64,000 bases of DNA from Octopus vulgaris (GCA_951406725.2 OX597815.1:83080001-83144000), one strand, 5' to 3'; positions 1 through 13,470 are shown, numbered from the stretch's first letter. Translations and numbers: made by a program. Notes: a model not told the origin generated them from the sequence alone.

Positions 1-489
1 GCATTGCAGTTTGACCGAAGACAGGGAAAAATAATGGTTTTGAAACAAGGATAAACATCGAATTCTAAACTATCAATAATAACCTACCTTGAATTTGACT
101 GCCATCATAAAGAATTGTAACTTTGAGAGTTGAGTATTTGGATTTGTATCAAATGTCAAATGTTGCAGACAGCATTCACATATATAAATATTTAATATAC
201 TCATTATATTCATGCTGAACAAGAACATAATTCGCTTGCTATATTTTGCTATTTATTTCAAAATCAAGAGAATGCAGAATTTATGCCTGATGTCATACAT
301 TTAGTGTTAGATATTTTCATGTCCCAGCGTTCCAGCGATGCTTTAAAAAGTAACAAGTTCGCATTGATTTATATACTGTAAGTGACTTAATTATTATTAC
401 ATTTGTCTTTCACCTGAAGACAATTCCACAGTGAAACAAGAGATTAATATTGGTTTCAAATCGACGTAACTTCTCCTCTCAGAGGAGGT

Positions 490-860
490 GGTAAATCGAT
501 TATATCGACCCCAGCGTTCCACCGGTACTCATTTCATCGACGCCGAAATGATGAAGTGTAAAGTTGGACCCGATAGCATTTGAACTCAAAACGTGATGGA
601 TGAATTGATTTCAAATTGGCCTCGAACTTCGGTACAAGGCCGGTTACTTCGTTGGAGTTGCCCAAATGGTATCTTATCGACACCCCCACCCCGAAAGGAT
701 GAGAAATAAAGGCGACCTCGGTAAAATTTGAACTCAGAACTTAAAGAGTGTCGAAATACAGTTAGTCATTTTGTCCGTCTTTGCGTTGTGAGTTCAAATT
801 CTGTCGTTTCTGACTTTCGGAGATCGATAAAATAATTACCAGCCAAGTACTGGAGTCATT
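490..860. mobile_element. Cluster of three decayed fragments of tRNA-derived SINE family 1 (two minus, one plus)
   Basis: Matches to the B-box 'gagttcaaattc' and core 'ttcggggtcgataaaataagtaccag' of the intact copy at 9281. Confidence 0.7.
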
Positions 861-864
861 ACTG

Positions 865-1794
865 CGATATTGGTTCCCGGCCAGATGTTTTTACATGTTG
901 GAAAACAGGTGATAGTAAAATGGGGCCAATCGAAGAGAATAGGGAGAGCGGAAGCACAATCATACACAGTAGTCATTGAAACCAAAGACTTGTGGGTTAT
1001 AGCATAGTCCTCATCAAACAAAATCCCATTTGTCAGTTTCCTTGAACGTTTGGTCATGATAGCCTTTCGTAACTGCTTCAGTAACTTGGCATAATACTCT
1101 CCACTGAGGGTGTGATCCTTTTGAAGAGAATCAATAAGCACGATGCATTGTGCATCCCCCCAAATTGAGGTGATCTCCTTCTTTGCAATTGAAATAATCT
1201 GGCCTTGTTTGGAGCAGACGAAGGGGAGTGTTTCCACCGCATGGATTGTCTCTTCGACTCTGGCTCAAAGTGATGAACCCAACACTCATCCTAGGCTAGG
1301 AAGCATTCAAGGGCGTCAGCTTTATTTGCCCGAAGCAATGTCAGATTTTTCCTGTGTTGTGATCAGCCTATTAAACTTTAGATCCACCTTCATGTGGTTT
1401 ACACGATTAATGTTTACCCGGGTGGTAGCAGTTGCAAAACATCCAGATGTTTGGTCATCTTCAACACTAACTCTCCTAAAATCCCCTACTCCCTTTCACA
1501 CGGCTGGAGCGTCATGCTCTAATGTGGCAACCATGTCAGTTTGAATGTTGTTGGAGGTTAAACCCTTTTGCTGCAGGTACTTTATAACATACAAGGCTGA
1601 ATGTTGTCGCTTTTCAAGAGAAATCACTACTAATTACTTTTCAGGTCTTCTTTGACCACTCAAATGTCAGTTTATCTGAAAAGAAACAATACAATTATTA
1701 ATAAGATGTGTTAAAATATACGCATGCAAGATTTTCACAAGTCTAGCGTCTCACTTTCAAAGTCAGCCTACGAAATTTTCAGCCGCCTATCGTA
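865..1794 (-). mobile_element. Decayed mariner (Tc1/mariner) transposon, 3' end lost, 5' TIR retained
   Basis: Minus-strand peptides VIKYLQQKGLTSNNIQTDMVATL, WVHHFEPESKRQSMRWKH and GEYYAKLLKQLRKAI..KLTNGILF are mariner transposase-like; TIR-like tacgataggcggctgaaaatttcgtaggctga starts with TA at 1794. Confidence 0.85.
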
Positions 1795-3332
1795 ATGGCA
1801 GATTTGGAATCTCTGAATGAAGACAAGTTACCGAGTTTGATATTCGCTCAGTAGTATGTGAACATGCACGGTAGGTTAGTCACTTCACGATAAAAGGACA
1901 CAAAACTGCTCAACTTTTTGTTTAGAGAAAGACAGGATGAGCTTCACAGCGAGGAGAATTCATATTAAATATGATGGGAAATATTGAGGATTATAAAATT
2001 ATATGCGTTTATTTTTTCTTGATATTATTTACGAACTCTTATAAATATTGTCTTTTAATGTGCATCTAAATATTTCAAGTATTATAATATTCATTCTTTT
2101 CTTTCGCCTTTTTCATGGAATAGTAAACAAAATAATTCCATGCATCAATGATTCAGGTTTCGTGTCAAATTTAAGTAAACGTCAGAACATTTCTCGTATA
2201 AGCAAAGTGTTAGTGGAATTGCTTGTACTCTTCATAATTCACACGGAGGTTGACTGGCAGAGTTAAACACTTACTGTGATTGATATATAGCTAGATACAT
2301 AGGCAGCGAAAATATACTGGAGCATTATCCAAAATAGTGACAGTATATGCAGAATCAAATATTAATCTTTTGAACAGGCATGGGAGGGGTGCTGCAATTA
2401 TCTTTTAATGATTGGAAGTTTGTCAGACTTGGTATGCTTACAAATGTACAAGTTTTCGTTATGTATTTTGTTCACTCCATTCATGTTCTTGTTTTATAGC
2501 ACAGCCAAATATGATTATTGATCTATATATTCATATCAGAATGTTATGGAGTGTAATAATAATCATGGTAAAATTAAAGTTTAAATGAAACTACACTCAG
2601 TACAAGAGAATAAATGATTGGTTATTGTAAGCAGTTTATAAAGGGTAATATTCTTCTGGCGTAGAACTTGACAGAGATAGTTAAATGTTTTTACTGTATT
2701 ATCTCACATGTACAATCATGTTAAGGAATGAATAATTCAATTGCTTTTTTCCCATCTCTGGATATAGTATAAGAAATATTAAACATATTTAGAACGACCA
2801 CTTAAACTATACTGGAATAGACAATTGCGGGGATCTCATCGTAGGCTACAGAAATGCCAGCCATGACCATTTTTACAGACTGGAACATCTTGGATAATAT
2901 GCTATTAGCTATAGTACGTAGTACTAGACACAAAAGACGCGGTAATAATTGTCGAAATTATTTGATTTCAGGTTTTCATGATTAATGCTAATCCGGGACT
3001 GAATAATGGCAACAATGTATCAAAGGTATTAACAAATATTCACTGAACCTATACAACCTAGAACGAACATGTATACATGTAAAGTCTAAGTTTTCTGGAT
3101 GAACTTTTATTTCCAACTATTTGAAATTCTTTATTACTAGCTTGTCATTTCTTTCAGGTGTAATAAAAGGTTTCATCTTGTGTAATAAAGTGTTTCGTTT
3201 TGCAACCGCGGCCTTGCCTAAATTTATTTTGAGTAATTATGCTTCAACTATCAGAGAGTTATGTCTTTGATTGCGATAGGCTTGTGCTTTTGTTATCAAG
3301 AGAAAAACACGAAAAACCTAAACAATTCTGCA

Positions 3333-3452
3333 GACGCAGGTGTGTCTGGGTAGCTAGAAGCTCAGTTCTCACGCGTATGGTTCGGGGTTGAGTCCCACTG
3401 CGACCAAAGCCTTGTGAGTGGATTGGTAAACGGAAACTGAAGAAGCTTGTTG

Positions 3453-3541
<89 letters not shown>

Positions 3542-3716
3542 TTTGTTTGTCTTTGTGTCTGTGTTTGTCCCCTGGTGGGTTTATGTAACTTAGTAGTTTG
3601 GCAAAAAAAAAAAAGGAGTAAGCACAGGGTTAAGTACTGGAGCCGATGCACTCTACTATAATTCTTCAAGGCCGTCTCCCAGCATGGCCGCTATTTAGAA
3701 ACTGAAACAAGTAAAA
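3333..3716 (+). mobile_element. SINE family 3 (tRNA-like head, internal (TA)n/(TG)n microsatellite)
   Basis: Shares 'ggtt.agtcccactgcg...gtagacggaaactgaaagaagc' with copies at 28178 and 40531; tail shared with 22050-22210. Confidence 0.7.
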
Positions 3717-4141
3717 TATATGATAAGATTGAATTCATAGAAATGAAGTAAATATGTGGGAACTGATAGTAATTTCTTGACAGAACATACTTTACTTAAA
3801 GGTTGTGTGCGCTATGCTAATTAGACTGTATTTGAATGCATGTCATATTTAACTTTTACCGAAATTGTTCAAATGGAAATAGTTAAGAGTGAAATAATGT
3901 GATGATTCAGATTTTCAATTTGGTAGCTTTCTGAATGGAAATGCTGACTTCACTTGATTACCATGAACAATTAGACATTTACAATTGTAATTCGTTAATG
4001 CAGTTCCGTTACGCTGATCTAGACAGGAAATTATATTTTGGCCCCTTTACGAAATCATGTTATTGTAGTAGTTTGATAGTTGTACACGTGCTACCATTGC
4101 ATCATGTATATATACATGTCTGTAAGTAGTTGTGTGTATGA

Positions 4142-4142
<1 letters not shown>

Positions 4143-4202
<60 letters not shown>

Positions 4203-4251
4203 TAAATGTGTGTATGTATGCGTATATACATATATATATGTGTATGCACAT

Positions 4252-4300
<49 letters not shown>

Positions 4301-4357
4301 TACATATATACATACATACATACATACATACATACATACATACATACATACATACAT
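4143..4357. repeat. Compound microsatellite (TA)n(GA)n(CA)n(TACA)n
   Basis: Direct inspection. Confidence 0.95.
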
Positions 4358-4509
4358 AGTGGGATAGGCGTTTAGTGGGATACTAGAGTTCAGGAAAACA
4401 TATACAATCATCACTAATACCGATACATCCATTATGATGAGCGCAAGGGAGTCATTGCATTTTCATGTTAATTCCTATTGGGGAAAAAATGGGCGGGGGG
4501 GGGGGGGCA

Positions 4510-5040
4510 ATTTGATGTCGCTATGGGGAGCTATGATGGAACAGAATTAGTAGATCTGTTCTACTAATCGTAAATGTCTTTCAAAACGAAATAAACGGAC
4601 CTAACATGGGATTGAATAAAGACGAAAGTATAGAAATAGTACATAACAAACATTGACATGATTCGAAGTCAAAACTGAACGCGGAGAACTTTGTGATTGC
4701 TATCAGCATATGGGATGTTGCTGTAGTCTACTAGAATGCACCGATTCTGAAATTGATACTCGACCGCACTATCTGCTGTTCAAGGGAAGAATTATGCAAA
4801 ATACTTAGTCAACTTAATCTAAAACGTACAATCAACACTAACTTTTAAGAAGTTAATTTCCTAGATATTAATGAGTGGTAGCACAGGCAACTTAAACCCG
4901 GCCATAAAACAAATGATCACAATTCATACATTGACAGAGGCTCTAAACATCCAGCGGCAATAATCAAAAATTTAGTTAACAATATGAGTAGTCTTGTTTC
5001 AAGCATAAGGACCATTTTAAAGAATAATGCAACCTATACA
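4510..5040 (+). mobile_element. Penelope-like element RT remnant
   Basis: Broken frames give FDVAMGSYDGTELVDL, EVNFLDI and KPGHKTNDHNSYIDRGSKHPAAIIKNL, resembling PLE RT motifs (FDVTMGSYDGAEVCEL; NFLDV; YKPN..P.YI...SNHP..IIK). Confidence 0.7.
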
Positions 5041-5299
5041 GAACTAAACATAGGTTAAAGTTCTATGAAATACTCCTCCATATAGCATGAATGGGGCTAC
5101 GAATATAACTAATATAGTTAGAAATCATAGATAACCACTTCTTACATTGACATAAATACCACAAAATCTTCAAAAGAAACACAGTTTATGTTAGCCATAG
5201 TTGCCCCGCTAAATATATTTTGGCTGACTTTCAGCTATAATAAGTATAACATTAGTAATCTGCTCAAATATCCTATACGTGTAGATCCCCTGATGCTTT

Positions 5300-5946
5300 T
5301 CCCTGAACAGCAGATACTGCGATCGAAGTGGTCAATCTCCGCTCGTATGCCTTTCAGAATGGATGCATTTTAGTGGACTACATCACCATCCCATATGTTG
5401 ATGGCAATCACAAAGTTCCCCGCATTGAGTTTTGACTTATGAGATGTTTCAGGCGGTCCGAGAATGCAGTGGTGACCTTGACTTTCATTTCTCTCTGCAA
5501 GATATTGCCCAGCTCCAGGATCCCAAAGTACTTATACCCACAATCATCTGGGTCTTCCATTCGCCTTCTGTTTGGCAGTTCTATTTCCTTACAATCTGCT
5601 CTTTTCGCCCGTTTGAAAGTAAGTAACGCACACTTTCAGATCCCAAATTCCATTCCAAAATCCTTGCTGCATATATGTACAGTCTCAACCAGCCTCTCTA
5701 TATCAGACTCTGTTTTCACGAACTATTTTAACTCATCTATAAAGAGAAGGTGGTAGAGACGAGGTCCATTCTTCTTCAGAGCGTTGACTTTGCGTAGAAC
5801 TTTGCTTGCTGCATATATGTACAGTCTCAACCAGCCTCTCTATATCAGACTCTGTTTTCACGAACTATTTTAACTCATCTATAAAGAGAAGGTGGTAGAG
5901 ACGAGGTCCATTCTTCTTCAGAGCGTTGACTTTGCGTAGAACTTTG
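5300..5946 (-). mobile_element. Decayed R4/Dong-type RT fragment (family D) with a 142-bp tandem duplication
   Basis: Minus strand reads HLLFIDELK*F..IERLVETVHICSKDFGMEFGI*KCA..GYKYFGILE, colinear with HLLYMDDLK..FGLEKCA..YKYLGI of ORF 6401-7918. Confidence 0.8.
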
Positions 5947-6142
5947 CTTTTGCGTAGAACTACCCTTTTGATTGTTACCTCGGCTAAGTGCTGCTTGTTA
6001 CAGAAAGACGTGTTTTCCAACTAGAACTGCTGCTATTGATCAATGCACACACGTTCTCAGCTTAATATAAGGTTTTCATTAACAGGATTTGGAATTAACA
6101 GGATTTAGAATGCAACGATAGAGAATTCTAGGGGATAATAAA

Positions 6143-6214
6143 AACAACAACGACAACAATAATAATAATAATTATAACAACAACAACAGCAGCAGCAACA
6201 ACAACAACAATGAC

Positions 6215-6255
<41 letters not shown>
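6143..6255. repeat. (CAA)n/(TAA)n microsatellite, 5' flank of the R4/Dong insertion
   Basis: Direct inspection. Confidence 0.95.
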
Positions 6256-6256
<1 letters not shown>

Positions 6257-8905
6257 CAACTCCGACCCCAAAAAGTTCAACTCCGATCCCAAAAAGTTCA
6301 ACTCCGACCCCAAAAAGTAATCAACTCCGACCCCAAAAAGTTCTACCAAGAACTGGGCAAAAATAAAATAGAAGTCACTGCAGCACCAACGGCAGAAGAA
6401 TTGGAAGAATTCTGGAAAGAAATATGGTCGGCGAACGAACAGCCAAAAAAAAGGAGTATGAAAATAACAAACTCGGCATCTGAACAACTTTGGACCCCCA
6501 TAACAACTGAAGAGGTCACCCAGGCACTGCAAAAACTAAGCAACTGGAAGGCACCTGGGCATGACAAGATCCCCAACTTCTGGTTGAAATATCTAACAGG
6601 AATGCACAAAAAGCTGGCTGAAAACTTTAACAGCATACTAGCAGAGCCAGAGACAATGCCTGAATGGCTCACGAAGGGGAAAACCATCTTAATTCCCAAA
6701 TCAAATGAAACAACAAAACCAGAAAACTACAGACCAATAACCTGCCTCCCTACTATGTTCAAGGCATTTACTGCAGTGATATCGCAAAGGCTGAACAAGC
6801 ACCTGGACGAAAACAAACTGTTCCCAGAAGAGCAGAAAGGATGCCGCAAGGTCTCATATGGCTGTAAAGAAAAACTAAGGATTAATAAAGCCGTAACTGA
6901 AGACAGCCACAGAAAGAAGAAAGGCCTCAGTATGGCCTGGATTGACTACAAAAAGGCGTTTGATAGCATCCCCCACACATGGATCCTCGAAACACTAGCC
7001 ATTAACAAAGTAGCACCAACAATCATAAAATTCATAGAGCACTCTATGAATAAATGGCAAACAGTCCTACACCTCCAAACAAAAGAGGGACTCATGAAAA
7101 CCAAAGACATCCCCATTAGAAGAGGAATATTCCAGGGAGACACGCTCTCTCCACTCCTTTTCTGCTTGGCACTGTCACCTCTATCTGATATGCTAAATAG
7201 AACTGGATGCGGATATAAATGTTACGGCAAAACGATCAGCCACCTTTTATATATGGATGACCTAAAACTATACGCTGCAAATGACAAACAGCTGGAAACA
7301 CTATTAAAGACAGTTCATGGATTTACCAAAGAAATAGATATGAAATTTGGATTAGAAAAATGCGCCAAAGTAACCATGAAAAGAGGAAAACTAGTTAAGA
7401 GTAACAACATCACACTAGATAAAACCAATGAAATAAAAGAATTAGACCAAAGCCAAACTTACAAATACTTAGGAATCCATGAACTAGATAAGACACAACA
7501 CACACAAATGAAAGAGAAAATAAAAAAAGAATATTATAGACGAGTTAGATCAATACTAAAAACAGAGCTCAATGCTAAAAACAAGATAATAGGTATCAAC
7601 ACTTTAGCTGTCCCAGTTATAAGTTACAGCTACAATATCCTTAACTGGACACGAAATGAACTGTCCAAAATAGATAGGAAAACAAGAAAAATACTGACAG
7701 GATCTAGGATGCATCACCCAAAATCTGACATAGAAAGACTATATATACAACGTATAGAAGGTGGTAGAGGCCTTATACAGCTGGAAAACTACTATAAAAT
7801 AACCACCATAGGACTGCAAAAATACCTACTCCAGAAGGAAGGAAAACTGATCCAGATAGCAGCAAAACACGAGCAAAACAAAAAACTGTTCTCAGTATTT
7901 AAGGAAGCTGACAAATAGAAACAAGAAATCATACCACCTAATATACACAAGGAAGAAGAAGAAGATGATGAAGAAACAACAAAAGCTATAAAACAAATGA
8001 AATCCAAACTAAAAATAGAACAGCAACGAGCCATGATAAAACGATGGCAAGAAAAACCCCTTCATGGTAAATACTGCACTAAACTAAACGCAAAAGAAAT
8101 AGACAAAGAAAAATCCCAGCAATGGTTGAGAAGCTCAGGACTCAAAGCAGAAACAGAGGGATTTTTAATTGCAGCACAAGACCAAAGCCTCCCTACCAGA
8201 AATTACCAAAAACATGTAATGAAAAGAAATATTACAAGTAACTGCAGAATATGTGGAGATGGACAAGAAACAATAAATCATATTATCTCTAGCTGCCCAG
8301 TCCTGGCTAAGAAGGAATATATTCACAGACATGACAGAGTTGGAACCTACATACATCGGAAGCTATGCCAACATTATGGAATAACAACAGAAAAAAGATG
8401 GTATAGGCACACACCAGAAAAGGTCACAGAAAACGAGAAAGCAACCATACTCTGGGATATGCCGATACATACAGATAGAGAAATTAAGGCCAACAGACCA
8501 GATATAGTTGTCAGAGATCATGAAGAAAAAAATGCTTTCTAATTGATGTATCAACACCGGCAGATGACAACGTGTCTCTAAAAGAAATGGAGAAACTCTC
8601 AAAATACAAAGACCTGGAAATAGAGGTAACTAGAATGTGGAACCTGAAAACAGAAACAATTCCTATCATAGTAGGTGCATTAGGCATGATAAAAAAATAT
8701 TCAGACAAATACATAACAAAAACACCAGGACTTACAAACACATATAACATACAGAAAATTGCACTACTAGGCACTGCACACATCCTACGCAGAACACTTT
8801 CCATACAATAACCATCAGAGCATCACAACAAATCACAGCACATACCCAAGGCACACAGAGCTGCGCTCGGTAGTGAAGTGAAAGCACGCTATAAAAATAA
8901 AACTA

Positions 8906-8908
<3 letters not shown>
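6256..8908 (+). mobile_element. 5'-truncated R4/Dong-clade non-LTR retrotransposon (family A) inserted in (TAA)n
   Basis: RT motifs (KAPGHD, YRPITCL, DYKKAFDS, GIFQGDTLSP, YMDD), CCHC knuckle CRICGDGQETINHIISSC, RHD and RPD motifs of the restriction-like endonuclease, ~97-bp 3' UTR, (TAA)n on both sides. Confidence 0.95.
6401..8811 (+). pseudogene. RT-RLE polyprotein of family A, broken by an in-frame TAG (7916-7918) and a 1-nt frameshift at the A7 run 8526-8532
   Basis: ORFs 6401-7918 and 7997-8542 are in the same frame; the C-terminus (CFLIDVS..KYKDL..LGTAHILR) continues in the -1 frame. Confidence 0.9.

Positions 8909-8980
<72 letters not shown>
8909..8980. repeat. (TAA)n tract, 3' tail/target of family A
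   Basis: Direct inspection. Confidence 0.97.
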
Positions 8981-9280
8981 TACAACAACATTGGAATCAT
9001 GTTAAATCGTATTATGGTTTGATTTCTTAGACCAGAATAATTGACAGAATGTATTTTTATTGACAACCGAATGTTGAAATTCTTTTAATTAAAGATTGTA
9101 TAGTACGACCAGAAATAAGCGTGATTTCCAACAATATTCTAAAGGGACATTCTGTTCTCGAAATTTAGTCTTCATCGATCACTCTGACAATTCAGGTTCT
9201 TAATTAGAGATTTTACTTCGTTAAAAAAAATTACGCGATTGGGAGCAGCAATTGATTAGTTGATACAACTGCTTTCTAAA

Positions 9281-9676
9281 GGCGGCGAGCTGGCATAATT
9301 GTTAACACGCCGGGCGAAACGCTTAGCGGTATTTCGTCTGCCGTTACGTTGTGAGTTCAAATTCCGCCGAGGTCGACTTTGCCTTTCATCCTTTCGGGGT
9401 CGATTAAATAAGTACCAGTTACTTTTGGGGTCGATATAATCGACTTAATCCGTTTGTCTGTCCTTGTTTGTCCTCTCTGTGTTTAGCCCCTTGTGGGTAG
9501 TAAAGAAATAGGTATTTCATCTGCCGTTACGTTCTGAGTTCAAATTCCGCCGAGGTCGACTTTGCCTTTCCTCCTTTCGGGGTCGATAAATTAAGTACCA
9601 GTTTCGTACTAGGGTCGTTCTAATCAACTGTCGCCCAAAATTTCGGGCCTTGTGCCTAGAGTAGAAAAGAATATTA
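9281..9676 (+). mobile_element. SINE family 1, full-length copy with duplicated B-box/core unit
   Basis: Head ggcggcgagctggcataattgttaacacg (A-box-like) and B-box gagttcaaattcc; the unit at ~9328-9430 recurs at ~9511-9620. Confidence 0.85.
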
Positions 9677-10643
9677 CTGCTCGCTAGAATTATGAAATGC
9701 CAAAACGATAATGTTTTGAGTGTGACTTAGTAAGAAAGCGTCATATGTAAATATTGTGAATCATTTTATCAGCACATATACCGATCCTACTAATTCAACA
9801 TTATAACAGTTCTAACAAGTTCATTTAGTTGTTCTTAATTAATAGCCTTCATAATTCTTTCTCACATTGGTACGAAGCAACAAATTGGAAGGAGCTGCAT
9901 TGCTGGTATCCTAAAAACTAGAATATTATTGGTATTTATTTTATCGAACCTATAAAGGTGTACATGGCAAAGCGAGCGTTGGAGGGATGAGAAACTATAA
10001 AAGAAATTATTTTATCCACCTTAATTTCTTTACATGAATGATCATGTCGACATAGATAATGGAGCAGACAGATGTAACAGGTGAATAAGTGGTGTTTAAG
10101 TAACATAACGAGGAAAATTTAGTACAAGACTGTCCACACTAGAAAGAATATCGAAGCAAGATGCAATAATGTCATTATCAAAACAGAGAAATAAAAATCT
10201 AAGTATCTCATAGAGAACTTGACCTTACAGACAAAAATATTACTAGAAAGGATGTCGAACGAAATTATAATCACATGAAATGGAAATTAGCAATATGTCG
10301 GGCATAAGAATGAAATATATAGCAATAAAATTGTTGACTATGTTTGATAAAGCAAATGCCATAAACAATCATATACATTATGTTACAAGGTACACCACTC
10401 TACATGCTAACCTTTCAGTTTATTATCACTAGCTAAATCACATGGTTATTCCATTAAAAGTTTCGCTAGGACAACGCCAAAAATAAAGAGCAGCAACAGA
10501 AATCCTTCGACTTTTCAAGTCAATGTAATATGCCCAGAAAGATATTCATGGTGGTACAATAAATCATTTGAGCAATATTAAAAGCAATTATATATATATA
10601 TTAAACTCAGATATTCTCATAAAGCATTTTTATGGAGGGATCT

Positions 10644-10804
10644 AAGTCGATTACATCGACCTAGTACTTAACTGGTACTTCTTTTATCGACCCCGAAAGG
10701 ATGAAAGACAAAGTCCACCTCGGTTGTATTTGAACTCAAAGCGTAGAGACGAAATGCTGCTAAACATTTTGCCCGGCGTGTTAACGATTCTGCCTCATCT
10801 CACC
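10644..10804 (-). mobile_element. SINE family 1 copy
   Basis: Reverse-complement similarity to 9281-9445. Confidence 0.85.
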
Positions 10805-11989
10805 TAAAGCAACTATAAATATTAATTTCTAATTTGGTTACATATACTTATAAGATATATACTTATAGAAATCTGCCTAGAAAAGGTTTCCAAAACCAGT
10901 CCACGCGATTTTCGAAACTACAACGTAAAAGAAAATGTAAAGCGAAGAGGAATAAATATGGTAACTGCAACAGCCAGAATGAGCGAACTACCCACACGTC
11001 ACATGCAGCATTTTATAGCGCGAAAGAAACTTTGGATAAAAAAAAAAAGCATATAGACCATATTTACGAAAAATGGAAAAAAATGTTATGTCTGGAGTAC
11101 CTTTGATTATATGTATGCCATAACAAAACTAACCTGCGACCAAACATCAACAACTGCATGATATCTAGTCACAGGAGATAACGGGGATATTCAGGTAGAT
11201 TTTTAAAAAAGTCATGTGAAGTTAAATATTAGTAAGCAAACACTAAAAATCAATAACACATTTAAATTTTCAAATAAAAAAATAGTTTGAACAACGGGGG
11301 AAGGAATAAAAGTGACGCATAGATATTTAAAAATATAAATTTAAGAGAAAATAATTTGTAAGTAAACATACACGTGCGTCTGTAAAGAAACCTATAATTA
11401 GATAACTAAATATATAGAAACATAAATATGTATCATATTTTAATGTTTATATTTAATACTTAGCTTCACAAACACATGAAAATAAATAAATGGATAAAGA
11501 CATGAAAATTAGTTTTGGTAATTTTTATAGAGATTTTGTTTCGGTCCTTCTTTAAATTTCGATTGTATATTTATTTGTTGTAAGCGGGAGGTTTATACTT
11601 TTTAATACGAGTTTAGTGTAAATAATATTACGACGTGCTATCGATATTAGGCTGGAAGAACTGATATTCCATTTAATAAATATATACAATGTTTTTGCCT
11701 GCTTATCTGTGCTTATCAGACAAATAATGCAGAATTAGCATAGAATTTAATGGTCTGCGTATCTTAATACAAATATAAATACACTTCCCCGTTCACAGAA
11801 ACTAACACATATGTAGGCACAGATGTACATATATATATGTGCTAATTCACATAATCACACACGCAAAATTCGTACATATTTGGTTATATTACAGATGACA
11901 GCAGCAAAATGAACAGGCATAAGAGAAATTGCATGTAAACTCAACTCAGAAAGTCTTTTCTTTTCAATCAAACTCTCATGAAGTATGAA

Positions 11990-13010
11990 ATAATCTGAAT
12001 TATTTATACCTGCGTATCAAAATAGTATTTAGTAACTAGTTCGTATATGGCGATTTTGGTATGTCTCTGTGGTACAAAGCTGGAATACGCTAATTTTTGT
12101 ATGATGTGATCTGTAGTTGATAGGATTTTTGATGTTATATTATGCGGAATGGTAGGTTTTAGCGATTGAATATTTTCACAAAATGTAGTGGTTTTCCTAT
12201 TTGGATTTACAATGAATGTTTTTGTGGTGTAAATCAAATTTTAAAAGTATTGGCGGTTATTCTGATGTATCAAAGAGAGAGTTTAATATTGGCGGAATTT
12301 TATTAAATGCTGCGCTATATTCCAATGCTCTAGCCAGTTAATTTCCTTTTAGTATTTGTGTAGTTGTACTTCAAATCATTTTGGTTAATATGTTGGAAAT
12401 TTTGTTTCGATGTGTTCTAGATTGCAACATAAGCCAAAAGTTGTATTTGAATCAGCAGAATATTTGTATGAAATATTAGTTCATTATAGAGTATTTTTGG
12501 AGCGATACCACGTCATCGACAGTAATGAAAACTTCATTTTTACTCACAGATGAAGACATCTAACATTTTCTTCCGATCTATTTTGTTCTGTTTCTTTAAT
12601 GCATTCCATGAATATAAGTTATGGAGAGGTATATATACATAAGTAAGCATTCTAGTATTGTCTACATAAATTACCAAATTTCTTCCCAGCCACAAAGTCG
12701 AAGCCAAAATTTCTAAATTCTCGACACATACACTCTCGCAGTTGTATACAGTTTAATAGAAAGTTACCATGTCTTAATGTATATAAAATCTCTATTCTGG
12801 TCATTGTTTGAATAACGTTTCAAATAATTCACACTTAAGTCCTGTATGGGAAATTTCTTCTGCTTCTAATATTGAGGTCTTTAATGAGTAATCATTTCCC
12901 GATATTTGTAATTCTCCCCAAAAGACAAGTGCGTTTATGGTCAGTTCCATGAAGGTTTATTTTAGAGGTAACTTCCATAATAGTACCAGGCCGATGACTG
13001 CGTAGTAGTT
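11990..13010 (-). mobile_element. Highly decayed Penelope-like RT remnant
   Basis: Minus-strand fragments VFITVDDVVSL and YSSFVPQRHTKIAIYELV resemble PLE motifs DVVSLYTNI and SCHPRHTK.NIPY.L. Confidence 0.45.
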
Positions 13011-13319
13011 GAATAATGATGAAGGATATTGTATAGAAGCACGTCATATGTGTGTGTGTGTGAAAGAAAACATGTGATTAAAAAATCCTGGCAGATATCA
13101 AGTAAGCACTCTGTTTAAAGGAATACGTTTAAATATCCAACAATCAAATACTAGTAAATGTATGTAGAATATAAATCTCAGGTAAATACTCATGTATGAC
13201 AAGTAAATCCAACGACCTTTATGCAGATTTTTAAGAAATTCAGAGGATTAATAACAATCAATGTGTACGAAGAACACTTTCAAAATTTAACATTTGTTTC
13301 AATTGCATTAACATATACG

Positions 13320-13470
13320 TAGTTGAAATTTACAGAAAAGCAAAAGACGAAGAGAGGTGTGTAAACAAGTAGGTGTATTTGTTTGACGTTCGTGAAGGTG
13401 AGAAAGTGTTTTACGTTTTGAGCCTACGCTCTTCAACAGAAAGGAAAACGATGAAATAAACAGAGACAAT
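13320..13470 (-). repeat. Interspersed non-coding repeat with hammerhead-like motif (family H3)
   Basis: Similar to 21845-22000, 21480-21627 (inverted) and partial 41100-41155. Confidence 0.75.

Noticed and set aside
6256-6341. Short direct repeats as a possible CRISPR array (likewise 54698-54773 and 28588-28667)
   Set aside because: Repeats are contiguous with no unique spacers, there are no cas genes, and the context is eukaryotic
6128-8804. Antisense ORFs overlapping the LINE coding regions
   Set aside because: Typical shadow frames of a coding strand, with no independent evidence
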